In this document: positions 8,001-16,329 of the stretch, one piece after another
Layout of the letters: the number at the start of each line of letters is the position of its first letter
Numbering within the stretch: position 1 is the stretch's first letter
Notes under the pieces: model-generated
What the model was told of the DNA's origin: nothing
Database searches by the model: none
The model's input: the letters and a program-made list of their open reading frames with translations, nothing else
Virus record (IMG/VR): IMGVR_UViG_3300044513_001736
Coordinates: 1 to 27,084 of that record
From: a virus
Taxonomy: Duplodnaviria > Caudoviricetes
Reading direction: 5' to 3' (one strand)
DNA: 27,084 nt
Translations under genes and position numbers: made by a program

Positions 8001-11000
8001 CACATGTACAACCCCAAAGCACTCAGATTCATTCTTGAGGATAATATCAGTGATAGTTTTGCAGAACTGAACCCAACAAAGCACTCTCCTATTATTGGTT
8101 GGGCTTATGATGGTCATCCGATCTATGGTCCATATGGATACAAAGATTCTGAAAATAAAAATCCATTTAACGAGTACAAACTTCTTTCCTGTAGTTACAG
8201 AAAGAAATCTGGAAGAATAAGTCTCCTTGACGGTCTCACTGACCCAATGGGAACTTATATCGAAGACTTTGAGTACGTTGAGGGTCTTGGAGATCTCGAT
8301 GAATACAACGGTAGATTCTGTGTCACTCCAGAGTTTCCAAACGGAACATATGCATACTTCTGCTCTATCGATGGTGTTACAGGAAAACCAAAGTTCCCTT
8401 ATTTTGTTGGACCAGAATTCTACAGTCAGGCAAATGAAGTAAACTGGAATGGTAACGGACTACAGAAGAACTTTACTGAAGATGCTATTCGTTATAAGGG
8501 ACCATTCATCAATGTTGATAATTTAACAGTTAAGAGAAAGCAACTCAAAGATATTGAATTCTTCTATCTTGCACTAGAAGATACTACAACCATTATTACT
8601 TTGGAAACTGGAGAGTTTTTCCAGCTAGATGAAGATGGAATCGGATATTTTGCCTTCTTCCCACTTATCAAGGGAAATCAAGCAGATTCTCTCTTTGTGT
8701 CTTCCACAAACAAGTATTCTTCGAATGGAATTGATCAATACTTAATCGAGGGTGGTGGAGTAGGATATAAAGTCAATGATAGATTAGTATTTGATGAAAC
8801 TGGAACAGAAGGTACTGGTTTAAGTGGTGTTGTATCTGGAGTCACTGGAGTTCCAGTAAACACCATTACATATGCCGTAGATGAAGATGATGTCACAACA
8901 GTTACGGTATCAACAACAGAAAATCACTATGTAAAACAGGATGATCTAATAACTGTATCGGTTAATAATAACCTATCTCAGAAAGATATTGCTGTTCAAA
9001 TCTATAACAACAAATACTACTTTAAGTATTTTAATTTACAAAGTGCCAAATTGATGCAAGAGTGGGCGACTGCTACTTCATACAGTCAAGGTGATTTGGT
9101 ATACAATGGAATCTACGTATATCGAGCAAAAGCAGCTGGAACTTCTGGAGCAACTGCACCAACACATATTAGTGGAACTGTTATCGATGGTATTGGTGGA
9201 GTTGAGTGGGAATACCAAAGAATTAGAACCGATGGTAACTTGTATCAGGGTGGTTGGGCATCGATTACTGGTGGATCAAATTATTTAAATGGAACTTATA
9301 CCGATGTTCCATTTACTACTACTGGCGATGGAGTTGGTGGTAGAGGAACGATCGTAGTTTCTGGTGGATCTGTTACCGCAGTAACTATCACTAGCCCTGG
9401 ATATGGATATGTTATTGGAGATACTATCTCAGCACTTAATTTGAACTTGGGTAACAATCTAACTCCTAGTGCTGGATCTGGATTTAGTATTACTCTAACT
9501 GAAGTAGAGACAGAAGTAATTTTTAGATCCAATTCTTCTCACTATCTAAGTGTTGATGATACCGTAAAGGTCACTGGAATCAATCCATCTGATTATGATA
9601 AGAATGATTACTCTGTAGTTAGAATTGATTCAAATAGACGCTTTGTTTGTAAGAGAAACTTTGCTTCTGTCGGAACTGCTATTGTTACAAACGCAGAGGT
9701 ATATGTAGAGGAGGCAAAGTATCAATTCATTAATGGACACAGATATAAGTTTGACGTAACAGATGCTTCTCATGATGGTAAGAGACTATCTTTCACTAAA
9801 GATGAAAACAACACTGATATCTTTAGCTACAAGAATATCTTTGATGTAGAAAATGACATCATTACTGGGGAACAAAATACAATTACAATTGACATTAAGG
9901 ATCTCTCTAGCATCTTCTATTACTTCGATATTAATGGTTCTATCAGCGGTTCGTACTTTACGATTATCAATGATCCAATTGTAGGCACAAACACAGTAAC
10001 TTCGACAACAGATACCACAATTTTATATCAAGTCAATTTTGAACCTGAGTCTGGTTATAGTTCTGGTAATGGTGTATCTTACATTACCAATTCCATTTAC
10101 GCTAAGGGTGGTGTTGGGCAAATTAGTATTGGCGATCCTGGAAGGAACTATTCTTCGATACCTGCTCTGTCTGGTACAACCAGAGCTGGTTTTGGTGCAA
10201 CTGCAACATGCACTATCGCTGGATCTCTACTTTCCACTTCCATTTCTAACCAAGGTTCTGGATACAATGGTTCGGCATTACCAACGGCAGTGGTTACAAT
10301 GCCAGACTTCGTTGATCTCGAAGTAACCAATGTTCTTGGCACATTTTTCCCTGGTGAAATTGTAACTTCCGAACCAACTATTTCTAACCAAACAGCAAGA
10401 GGAAGAGTTATTTCCTGGACTCCAGATACATCGATACTTAGAGTTCAACCAATTCAAAACATCAAGGTTGGTGCTGCGAATAAGGGTTATATCATGTTTA
10501 CCTCTGGTAATGCCTTTACTAATAAGGTATATTCTTCCGACTCCCAGTGCTCCATTTCATCCGTGTCTGGAACCCAGGCAACTGTAGCTGCTGTTGTCCC
10601 AGTAGCAGGACCAAATGCAGGAAGTCTGGAAAGTTTGACTATCACTGGAACTGGATCAAATTACAGACAAGCACCAAGCGTTATTTTGGATGATCCATAC
10701 TACGGATCTGTAAACGAAGTAACAATTACCAGTCAAAATACCTCCGCAAACTTTAGTGCTGGAACTTATACAGGAGTAACCCAAAAGGGTGTCGCTCCTA
10801 CTGGTGGAACTGGCGTTGAGTTTACTGTTATCATCGATGCTGTAACATTTGACGTGATTTCAGTAACAGTTACCGATGGTGGTGGAACCTATGCGTTAGG
10901 TGATGTCATTACTATATCTGGTGCTCAGATCACTGGTGGTGCAGATGGCGCAGATGATTTCACTGTCACGGTTTCCAAGTTGAGTCATGCAAATCCAGCG

Positions 11001-14000
11001 GTTATTGCAACTAAGATTACTGCTGCTATTGACTCAGTAACAGTAACCAACAGTGGATCTGGTTACTTGTCATCCCCAGATGTTCTCGTTAGTGGTGGAA
11101 ATGGTATCAATGCAATCCTGAATGCCGAACTCACTAATGAAGGGGTATCGAAAATTACCATTGAGAATGGTGGAACTCAATTTGAGACTGCACCAGTAAT
11201 CAATATCCTTCAGTCAACTGGAATTGGAGCGTCTATTCTCTTCAAGTCCTCGAACCTTGGTGAGATTGTCAAGATCGGTGGAGATAATATTACATACAAC
11301 TATAGTCATGATAGAACTCTCAAACCAGAACTTAATACCACATACAACCTCCAGTTAATCAGAACTCAAATTATTGATTACTTAGATGTTATCGATGGTG
11401 GTTATTCCTTCGTTGCAAAACCAAGGATCTTGCTTGAAGGTGGAAGTGGATCTGCATTTGTTCTGAATCCAATCGTACAAAATGAAGTTATCCAAGAAGT
11501 TGAAGTAATTAATGCAGGTAAAGGATTCCTTTCTGCTCCTGTTGTGAAGGCGCAGATTAGTCACTCCTTCGTCGCATTACAGTCTAATAGCACCCTTAAC
11601 TTCTCTTATGATGCAAAGATACCTACAGGCACTCAGGTGACCCTTAGAGAGGTCTATGGGACCCTCCCACAACCATTAGACACTGGAATTGTTTACTATG
11701 CTATCGAAGATACGATTGCAAACGGTTTAGCAAACAACCAAATTCGTCTTGCCACAAGTGAAGCAAATGCAAACGCAGGAACATTTATCAACTTCACAAC
11801 ACCACCAACTCTCGGCAATAATGGTCTTGCTACATTTGTTCTTGACACCACAGATTTGGGAACTCAAATCAACATCTATATGAAACCAGGAACTTTTGCT
11901 GTTGGTGAATTCATTTATCAGGGTGCATCGATTAGTTCTTATACTGCAAGAGGTATTGTTAAGAACTGGGATGCGAAAGGTAGAGTTGTTAGTGTTGAGG
12001 CACTTGAGGGAGAGTTTAAACTCGGTGAACCTGTATTTGGCGGAGAAACGGCGGCATTCGGTCAAATCCATGCATTCGACAGAGCAGATGCAGTATTCGA
12101 AGTATCCCCAATTAGCATCTCTGGTAATAAGTGGGAGAAGACAACTGGATTCTTAGATCTCAACGAACAGAGATTATATGACAGTGATAGATTCCAGGAA
12201 TTCTCATATGAGATTTCTTCCTCTATTAATATTAATGATTGGAGAAGCCCAGTTAAGTTTGCTGCTCACCCTGCAGGATTTAAGGTATTTGGTTCTCAAC
12301 TTGTAGAAACGAATGTATTTAAATCTTTCAGACCAATGCCAACTAGAGATTATGTAACTCCAGATCTCTATAATTGGTGGGTTCCTGGCATTCCTCCATC
12401 TAGTTTGAAGTCCATCAATGGCATAACAATCTTTACTCCGAAACCATCAGCAGAAAATACTGGAAAACTTTCTAGAATTGATAATTTTGCTCTTGGTAAA
12501 CCAGATTATTCTGCAGCAGTTCCTACTGAAGTTTTAATCTTTGGTAGACAACTTCTCGATATTCAAAAGATTCTTACTTGTATCGTATACAAAACTGACT
12601 CTCTGAATACCAGATCGATTTCTTTTGATGGAAGTTCTGCTTCTGTTGTTGATGTAAGTAGCAATCAGATTACACTTACTAATCATGGATTAGTCGCAGA
12701 TCAAAGAATCGTATATAATGCTGGTGGAGACAGATTCTTAGACGCTAGAGACCTCATTGCAGTAAACATTGACTTCATCACTGAAGAAGTTATTGGGTAT
12801 CTTGAGGCAACTTATCCAGCATTAACAGATGGGTCCAAACCAGACTACGATAGATCTATTTGTGCAAGAGATACGAGATTAGTTCTTGCTGCTTGGGCAA
12901 ATGATCTGAGATATGGTGGAAACTCTTTCACCGTAGCAGCTGCCGAGTCTTATGTTGGCGAAACAGTATTGGTTGGTGACAGATATGGAGATGCTAGAGA
13001 ACTTCTAAGAGCAAACAAAGAGTTCATTGCTGAAGAGGCAGTTGGAAGAATGCTTGCAGATCCAGTTGTAGGTATTTCTGCAGGATTCCCAGGTGTCCCA
13101 GGTGGAGACCAAAATTGCATTGATGATATCATTGATATTGTTGAAGTTGTTGCATATAACGTTGCGTATGGCGGCAACAGTGAAGTATATGATGCAGCAA
13201 ATCTTTATGTAACTGGTGCTCATGTATCTGGTGAAGAAAATCAAACAGTAAAAGCGTTTGAAATTGCTCTTGAGCTGTGTGAGGATGTAATTCAAAACTA
13301 TCCCATTACTGCACAGTATACACAAAGAACTCAGTACATTGATAATTCAATTTCTATCGATCCTATCGGATTTGTAGCAGATAGAAATGGCGATGCATAC
13401 GATTTACTCCAAGCTAACAAAACCTTCATTGCAAATGAAGCAGTTGAGCAATATTTAATTGCAAACCCTTCATTTACAATCCCAACAGGTAACCAAAATT
13501 GTATTGATGATGTTATTGATGTAGTAGATGCAGTTTCTAAGAACGTTGGATATGGTGGAAACAATTATACGTATGATGCTGCTTCTTATTACGTAGGAAC
13601 CTCTCACGTTGATGGTGAAGAAGCAGAGACGATTGCAATCATGAATCTGGCAAGAGACATGGCACAAAAGGCAATCAATAACGAGACCATCACCGTTCAG
13701 GGATCTCATGGATTAACTCAAACCTTTGACAACACAATTACGATTGATGTTGGTGGTTGTGCAGCGATCAAGTCCACAATTTCTACTCTCTTTAGCATTG
13801 TAACTACTGCTGTTAATACAGACAGTATGTCACACGCAACGAGAACTGGTGGCGGTGGTTATATTAATTCTTGCCAAAATGTCGTCTCTTCGATGACAAC
13901 ACTGTTCAATATTCTAATTCAAGCAGTTGGAATAACTGGAGCACCAGGAAACTTGAACGGTGTAACTAGAACTACACCAGCAAACGCAATCCTGCATATT

Positions 14001-16307
14001 GGCGGCGAAGAGCAAGAGACTATCGCAGCATATAATAAGGCAAAAGATCTTGCAATCTTAGCAATCAATAATAATCTCCCTGCTGGTCAATTTACAACTA
14101 GAAAACCAGTTAAGGATCTTTCGATTACTTATGATGCTGGTGGATGTGCAAACGTGGTTTCTGCAATTACTACACTTGCACAAATTCTCACTGAGGCAAT
14201 TGACAATCCAGGATCTTTACCAGACAAAGACTTTGGATTCTATCCAAATGTTAGAACTGGAGACCCAATTGGAGGATTAGTCAGTGGAAATGCTTACTAT
14301 GTTAATTATATTGATGCTGACACTATTGGTCTTTTAGATGCTCCAAGTGGAAGTTCTGTGCCCCTCACTGCAGTTGGTACTGGACCAGCACACCAAATCA
14401 AGATTTCCGTAGATGGAATCAACACAGATTATAAAATTAGAACCAATGAAGTTGATCTCTCTACCCATATTGGTAAGACCGCACAAAAGAGTCAATTCTT
14501 AGTTTCTATCAACGGAATCATTCAAAATCCCGCAGGATTTACTTTTACTAACGATATTCTCACCTTCTTGGAAGCACCATTAGAGAATTCTGAAGTTGTG
14601 GTAATGTATTTTGATAGAAAGACTTATTCTAATGATTTTGTTCTTGACACATTTGGAGATGGCATCAAGGACTTCAATACCACAGATGGTTTGATTGCTG
14701 GTGCTGGATACACTGACGGTGTTTATAATGCAGAACCTCTGATCAATAAGAGAGGAAGTGGATCTGGTGCAACAGCAAATATTTCTGTTGTTGGTGGTGA
14801 AGTTGTATCTGTCAGTATTGTAGATGGTGGAAGTGGATACACCAACAATGATATCGTCAGTGCAACTCTCGCTGGATCTCCAACTCAGGAGTTCCAGGTA
14901 GAAGTCAATGATGTTACTTTTGATGGTGTAGAGACAGTATTCACCGCTCAAGTTAGTGGATCCAACTATACTTTACCTGCAAGTGATAACTTCTTACTAT
15001 TCCTGAACAGCACTCTGCAGGTTAAGGGAAATAATGAATCATACAACTACACTGGAAGCACTATTACTTTCAATGAAGCTCCACTTGGAAACATGGACTT
15101 CTATTGCTTCTACTTTGGTCAGTTAAATCTTCTCGATGACATTTCTCCTTTCTGTGATAGTTCTTCGAAGACATTTATCATCAAAGAGAATTCTTCACCA
15201 TTCTCTATTGAATCTGACGACCCATCTGTAGATCCATCTGGTAACCTTGTTATCTTCATCAATGGAGTATATCAAGAACCTGGAGTTTCCTATACTCTCA
15301 ATGGTTCGCAGTTAGAGTTCTCCGAAGCACCAAGAGCAGGTTCAAATGTAGTTCTTTATGCTTATCTTGGATCTGCTGATGATGTTCTGATCGAAAATAC
15401 CTTCAACTCCCTTGATCCAGGTGATATTGTTGAAATTCAGAGTGAAGGAGATGATAGACTTCTTGCTAGCGTCAGTAGCTCTAATACTATCGACACATAT
15501 GAATATGTTGGTCTAAGACCAAATGTCGCAGAATTTAGTTCTGTTATCTTAAATGGTGAAGTAGTTTCGGTAACTATTGTTGATCCTGGAAGCAACTATG
15601 AAGTTGCACCAATTCTCGTCTTTACTGGTGGCGGTGGACAAGGTGCATTTGCAGAAACCGTTATTGACAGTAATACTGGATCTGTTATCGATGTAATTAA
15701 CATTAAACCAGGAAGAAATTATACAAGTCCTCCTGTTGTTAATCCAACTCACCCAGTATCGATCGAAAGAACCCAGAGAGATAGAATTATTTCCAACAGT
15801 AATGCTCTTGGTAACACTTACCTGTCTGCTTCTATCACTGATACAGATACCACTATTACTGCAGAAAACGTTTTCTGGAATTCCAGTGAAAGAATTGGAT
15901 TCCCAGACGACGGTGTGATCCTGATCAAGGTATTCAATGGAACTGCTTGGACAGTTGAAAGAGTTCAGTATGGATCTAGAGATACATCCGCAAACACATT
16001 TACCGTTGCATCTAACGGTAGAGGATATCAAAATACTGGACCTTCTCTTGGTGTTGGTTTGACAAACACAATTGTATCTGGAACTTATGTTTCTTCTGGA
16101 ACAGCGTGTACAGTAACTACTTCTGGCGATCACAATCTCGTCACTGGAATGACAATTTATCTTAAGCACACTAGTGGAGATGGATTTAATGGTGAGTATT
16201 CTGTAACGGTCACTTCAACTAACACATTTGTAGTTACCTATCCATTTGCTAGAAATGCAACTGGTAGCGTTTCCCTCCTTCCAGAGATCCGTCTAAGTTC
16301 CTTATAA
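5058..16307 (+). CDS. gp7: giant multidomain baseplate wedge initiator, gp7-like (3749 aa)
   Basis: Lies between gp6 and gp8. N-terminal QFPSFVREDY...FIKAYYKSQE and IKDFYSAKGT...FIMRSIFG; internal DSDRFQEFSYEI...W...VKFAAHPAGFKVFG core motif; many GSGY/GxGA beta repeats and inserted modules. Confidence 0.88.
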   Translation: MPTSSWKVSSWTTPPTQVTVPPVPSEVSPESRSQISDRVFSQFPSFVREDYTTFVDFIKAYYKSQELKGNPIDIVQNWDEYYNIDRYESLVQETTLISTLSESSTSVDVTSTTDFPNEGLLKIDDEIIYYNGKNSTSFTNCVRGFSGVTAVGTTAEFNFSQTEASSHSTGTTVVNLNNIFPLYILEKFKEQYLSTFPKDFYETVNQNVVVKRIKDFYSAKGTTRSFQFIMRSIFGVESEVKYPRDRIFKPSDAFYVSREVIRAQKLSGNPMELVGEVLFQENDPTDPNVNAARIYVKSVVEIYTEEGIIYEIDVDTNNSDGQFVTPYKTTLAYGIGDDVVNDRIVTVDSTIGWPELNGRIRIEDEIIQYEEKTLTQFLGCTRARDNTVPVEHIAGQQVISAFKVYGKSNVDGSEITLSLFGGTRGIVLNSGGKYYLPESKITTPISPGFDSIDSVWDTFVYNVRRAFRGTSITLSTPNANGSVTATITTVEDHGLFRDDVVQILNCPEDIYNSTFTVDGIGSKKTFNITIPNTPQQGVNVDFICTREFSFGKSDYSSIRSEISPYTTDIQNTYRSDDNIIVASSGIPSYKIGPFGANDLTPGNQRYLKRIPRNPQTKSTKQSTPVGQVGIGVNGVPFFSYKGEEIRRYGGVSAIEQIAGGDGYDITNPPVVEFEPDYELDRTYLIGTRVKWNGNRYVALDTGLTSPDVYPTHTSGIVTLGQVRWQYEGTPAEALVAINGRVISINVTNGGSGYTSEPIIGIIGGGVSPTNAASATCNITNGVVTNITVTSSGSGYTSVPTVSITGGGGSGATGQAIVRGPIEEIHVTNPGTKYDVPPNVSLISGNGAVAYPSILNGKIESIIVTFGGEKYYGPPDVVIVGDGVGATAFANVDTNTNTVTNIVVTNKGIGYSAGKTEVFIVYPGVGAIFQTKLTELTYNEAASAGELGLAANVPYTPRKTFDYANGGSFQGTNYLIYGGEYGHMYNPKALRFILEDNISDSFAELNPTKHSPIIGWAYDGHPIYGPYGYKDSENKNPFNEYKLLSCSYRKKSGRISLLDGLTDPMGTYIEDFEYVEGLGDLDEYNGRFCVTPEFPNGTYAYFCSIDGVTGKPKFPYFVGPEFYSQANEVNWNGNGLQKNFTEDAIRYKGPFINVDNLTVKRKQLKDIEFFYLALEDTTTIITLETGEFFQLDEDGIGYFAFFPLIKGNQADSLFVSSTNKYSSNGIDQYLIEGGGVGYKVNDRLVFDETGTEGTGLSGVVSGVTGVPVNTITYAVDEDDVTTVTVSTTENHYVKQDDLITVSVNNNLSQKDIAVQIYNNKYYFKYFNLQSAKLMQEWATATSYSQGDLVYNGIYVYRAKAAGTSGATAPTHISGTVIDGIGGVEWEYQRIRTDGNLYQGGWASITGGSNYLNGTYTDVPFTTTGDGVGGRGTIVVSGGSVTAVTITSPGYGYVIGDTISALNLNLGNNLTPSAGSGFSITLTEVETEVIFRSNSSHYLSVDDTVKVTGINPSDYDKNDYSVVRIDSNRRFVCKRNFASVGTAIVTNAEVYVEEAKYQFINGHRYKFDVTDASHDGKRLSFTKDENNTDIFSYKNIFDVENDIITGEQNTITIDIKDLSSIFYYFDINGSISGSYFTIINDPIVGTNTVTSTTDTTILYQVNFEPESGYSSGNGVSYITNSIYAKGGVGQISIGDPGRNYSSIPALSGTTRAGFGATATCTIAGSLLSTSISNQGSGYNGSALPTAVVTMPDFVDLEVTNVLGTFFPGEIVTSEPTISNQTARGRVISWTPDTSILRVQPIQNIKVGAANKGYIMFTSGNAFTNKVYSSDSQCSISSVSGTQATVAAVVPVAGPNAGSLESLTITGTGSNYRQAPSVILDDPYYGSVNEVTITSQNTSANFSAGTYTGVTQKGVAPTGGTGVEFTVIIDAVTFDVISVTVTDGGGTYALGDVITISGAQITGGADGADDFTVTVSKLSHANPAVIATKITAAIDSVTVTNSGSGYLSSPDVLVSGGNGINAILNAELTNEGVSKITIENGGTQFETAPVINILQSTGIGASILFKSSNLGEIVKIGGDNITYNYSHDRTLKPELNTTYNLQLIRTQIIDYLDVIDGGYSFVAKPRILLEGGSGSAFVLNPIVQNEVIQEVEVINAGKGFLSAPVVKAQISHSFVALQSNSTLNFSYDAKIPTGTQVTLREVYGTLPQPLDTGIVYYAIEDTIANGLANNQIRLATSEANANAGTFINFTTPPTLGNNGLATFVLDTTDLGTQINIYMKPGTFAVGEFIYQGASISSYTARGIVKNWDAKGRVVSVEALEGEFKLGEPVFGGETAAFGQIHAFDRADAVFEVSPISISGNKWEKTTGFLDLNEQRLYDSDRFQEFSYEISSSININDWRSPVKFAAHPAGFKVFGSQLVETNVFKSFRPMPTRDYVTPDLYNWWVPGIPPSSLKSINGITIFTPKPSAENTGKLSRIDNFALGKPDYSAAVPTEVLIFGRQLLDIQKILTCIVYKTDSLNTRSISFDGSSASVVDVSSNQITLTNHGLVADQRIVYNAGGDRFLDARDLIAVNIDFITEEVIGYLEATYPALTDGSKPDYDRSICARDTRLVLAAWANDLRYGGNSFTVAAAESYVGETVLVGDRYGDARELLRANKEFIAEEAVGRMLADPVVGISAGFPGVPGGDQNCIDDIIDIVEVVAYNVAYGGNSEVYDAANLYVTGAHVSGEENQTVKAFEIALELCEDVIQNYPITAQYTQRTQYIDNSISIDPIGFVADRNGDAYDLLQANKTFIANEAVEQYLIANPSFTIPTGNQNCIDDVIDVVDAVSKNVGYGGNNYTYDAASYYVGTSHVDGEEAETIAIMNLARDMAQKAINNETITVQGSHGLTQTFDNTITIDVGGCAAIKSTISTLFSIVTTAVNTDSMSHATRTGGGGYINSCQNVVSSMTTLFNILIQAVGITGAPGNLNGVTRTTPANAILHIGGEEQETIAAYNKAKDLAILAINNNLPAGQFTTRKPVKDLSITYDAGGCANVVSAITTLAQILTEAIDNPGSLPDKDFGFYPNVRTGDPIGGLVSGNAYYVNYIDADTIGLLDAPSGSSVPLTAVGTGPAHQIKISVDGINTDYKIRTNEVDLSTHIGKTAQKSQFLVSINGIIQNPAGFTFTNDILTFLEAPLENSEVVVMYFDRKTYSNDFVLDTFGDGIKDFNTTDGLIAGAGYTDGVYNAEPLINKRGSGSGATANISVVGGEVVSVSIVDGGSGYTNNDIVSATLAGSPTQEFQVEVNDVTFDGVETVFTAQVSGSNYTLPASDNFLLFLNSTLQVKGNNESYNYTGSTITFNEAPLGNMDFYCFYFGQLNLLDDISPFCDSSSKTFIIKENSSPFSIESDDPSVDPSGNLVIFINGVYQEPGVSYTLNGSQLEFSEAPRAGSNVVLYAYLGSADDVLIENTFNSLDPGDIVEIQSEGDDRLLASVSSSNTIDTYEYVGLRPNVAEFSSVILNGEVVSVTIVDPGSNYEVAPILVFTGGGGQGAFAETVIDSNTGSVIDVINIKPGRNYTSPPVVNPTHPVSIERTQRDRIISNSNALGNTYLSASITDTDTTITAENVFWNSSERIGFPDDGVILIKVFNGTAWTVERVQYGSRDTSANTFTVASNGRGYQNTGPSLGVGLTNTIVSGTYVSSGTACTVTTSGDHNLVTGMTIYLKHTSGDGFNGEYSVTVTSTNTFVVTYPFARNATGSVSLLPEIRLSSL
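6768..8423 (+). other. split YHYH-like domain within gp7
   Basis: N-part SSGIP...TPVGQVGIGVNGVPFFSY (about 6768-6977). C-part HSPIIGWAYDGHPIYGPYG...YIEDFEY...GDLDEYNGRFCVTPEFPNGTYAYF...FPYFVG (about 7935-8423). Confidence 0.7.
12729..14210 (+). repeat. three nested alpha-helical repeats (phycobiliprotein/globin-like) within gp7
   Basis: Each motif occurs three times: DRxxDAxxLxxxNxxFIxxE, CxxD...YGGN, HxxGEExxTxxx, GC/SC...S...TLxxIxxxA. Units 2 and 3 are also similar at DNA level (about 13108-13181 vs 13492-13565). Confidence 0.85.
14496..15350 (+). repeat. three 'V/FxINGxxQ...ITFxEAP' beta repeats within gp7
   Basis: FLVSINGIIQNP...LTFLEAP, FLLFLNSTLQ...ITFNEAP and LVIFINGVYQEP...LEFSEAP; a module common in large myovirus virion proteins. 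Confidence 0.75.
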
Positions 16308-16310
16308 ATA
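16303..16310 (+). promoter_or_regulatory. T4 late promoter, perfect TATAAATA
   Basis: Overlaps the gp7 stop (TAA 16305-16307), 19 nt upstream of the gp8 ATG. Confidence 0.85.
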
Positions 16311-16329
16311 ACTAGAAAGCTCAATTGGC

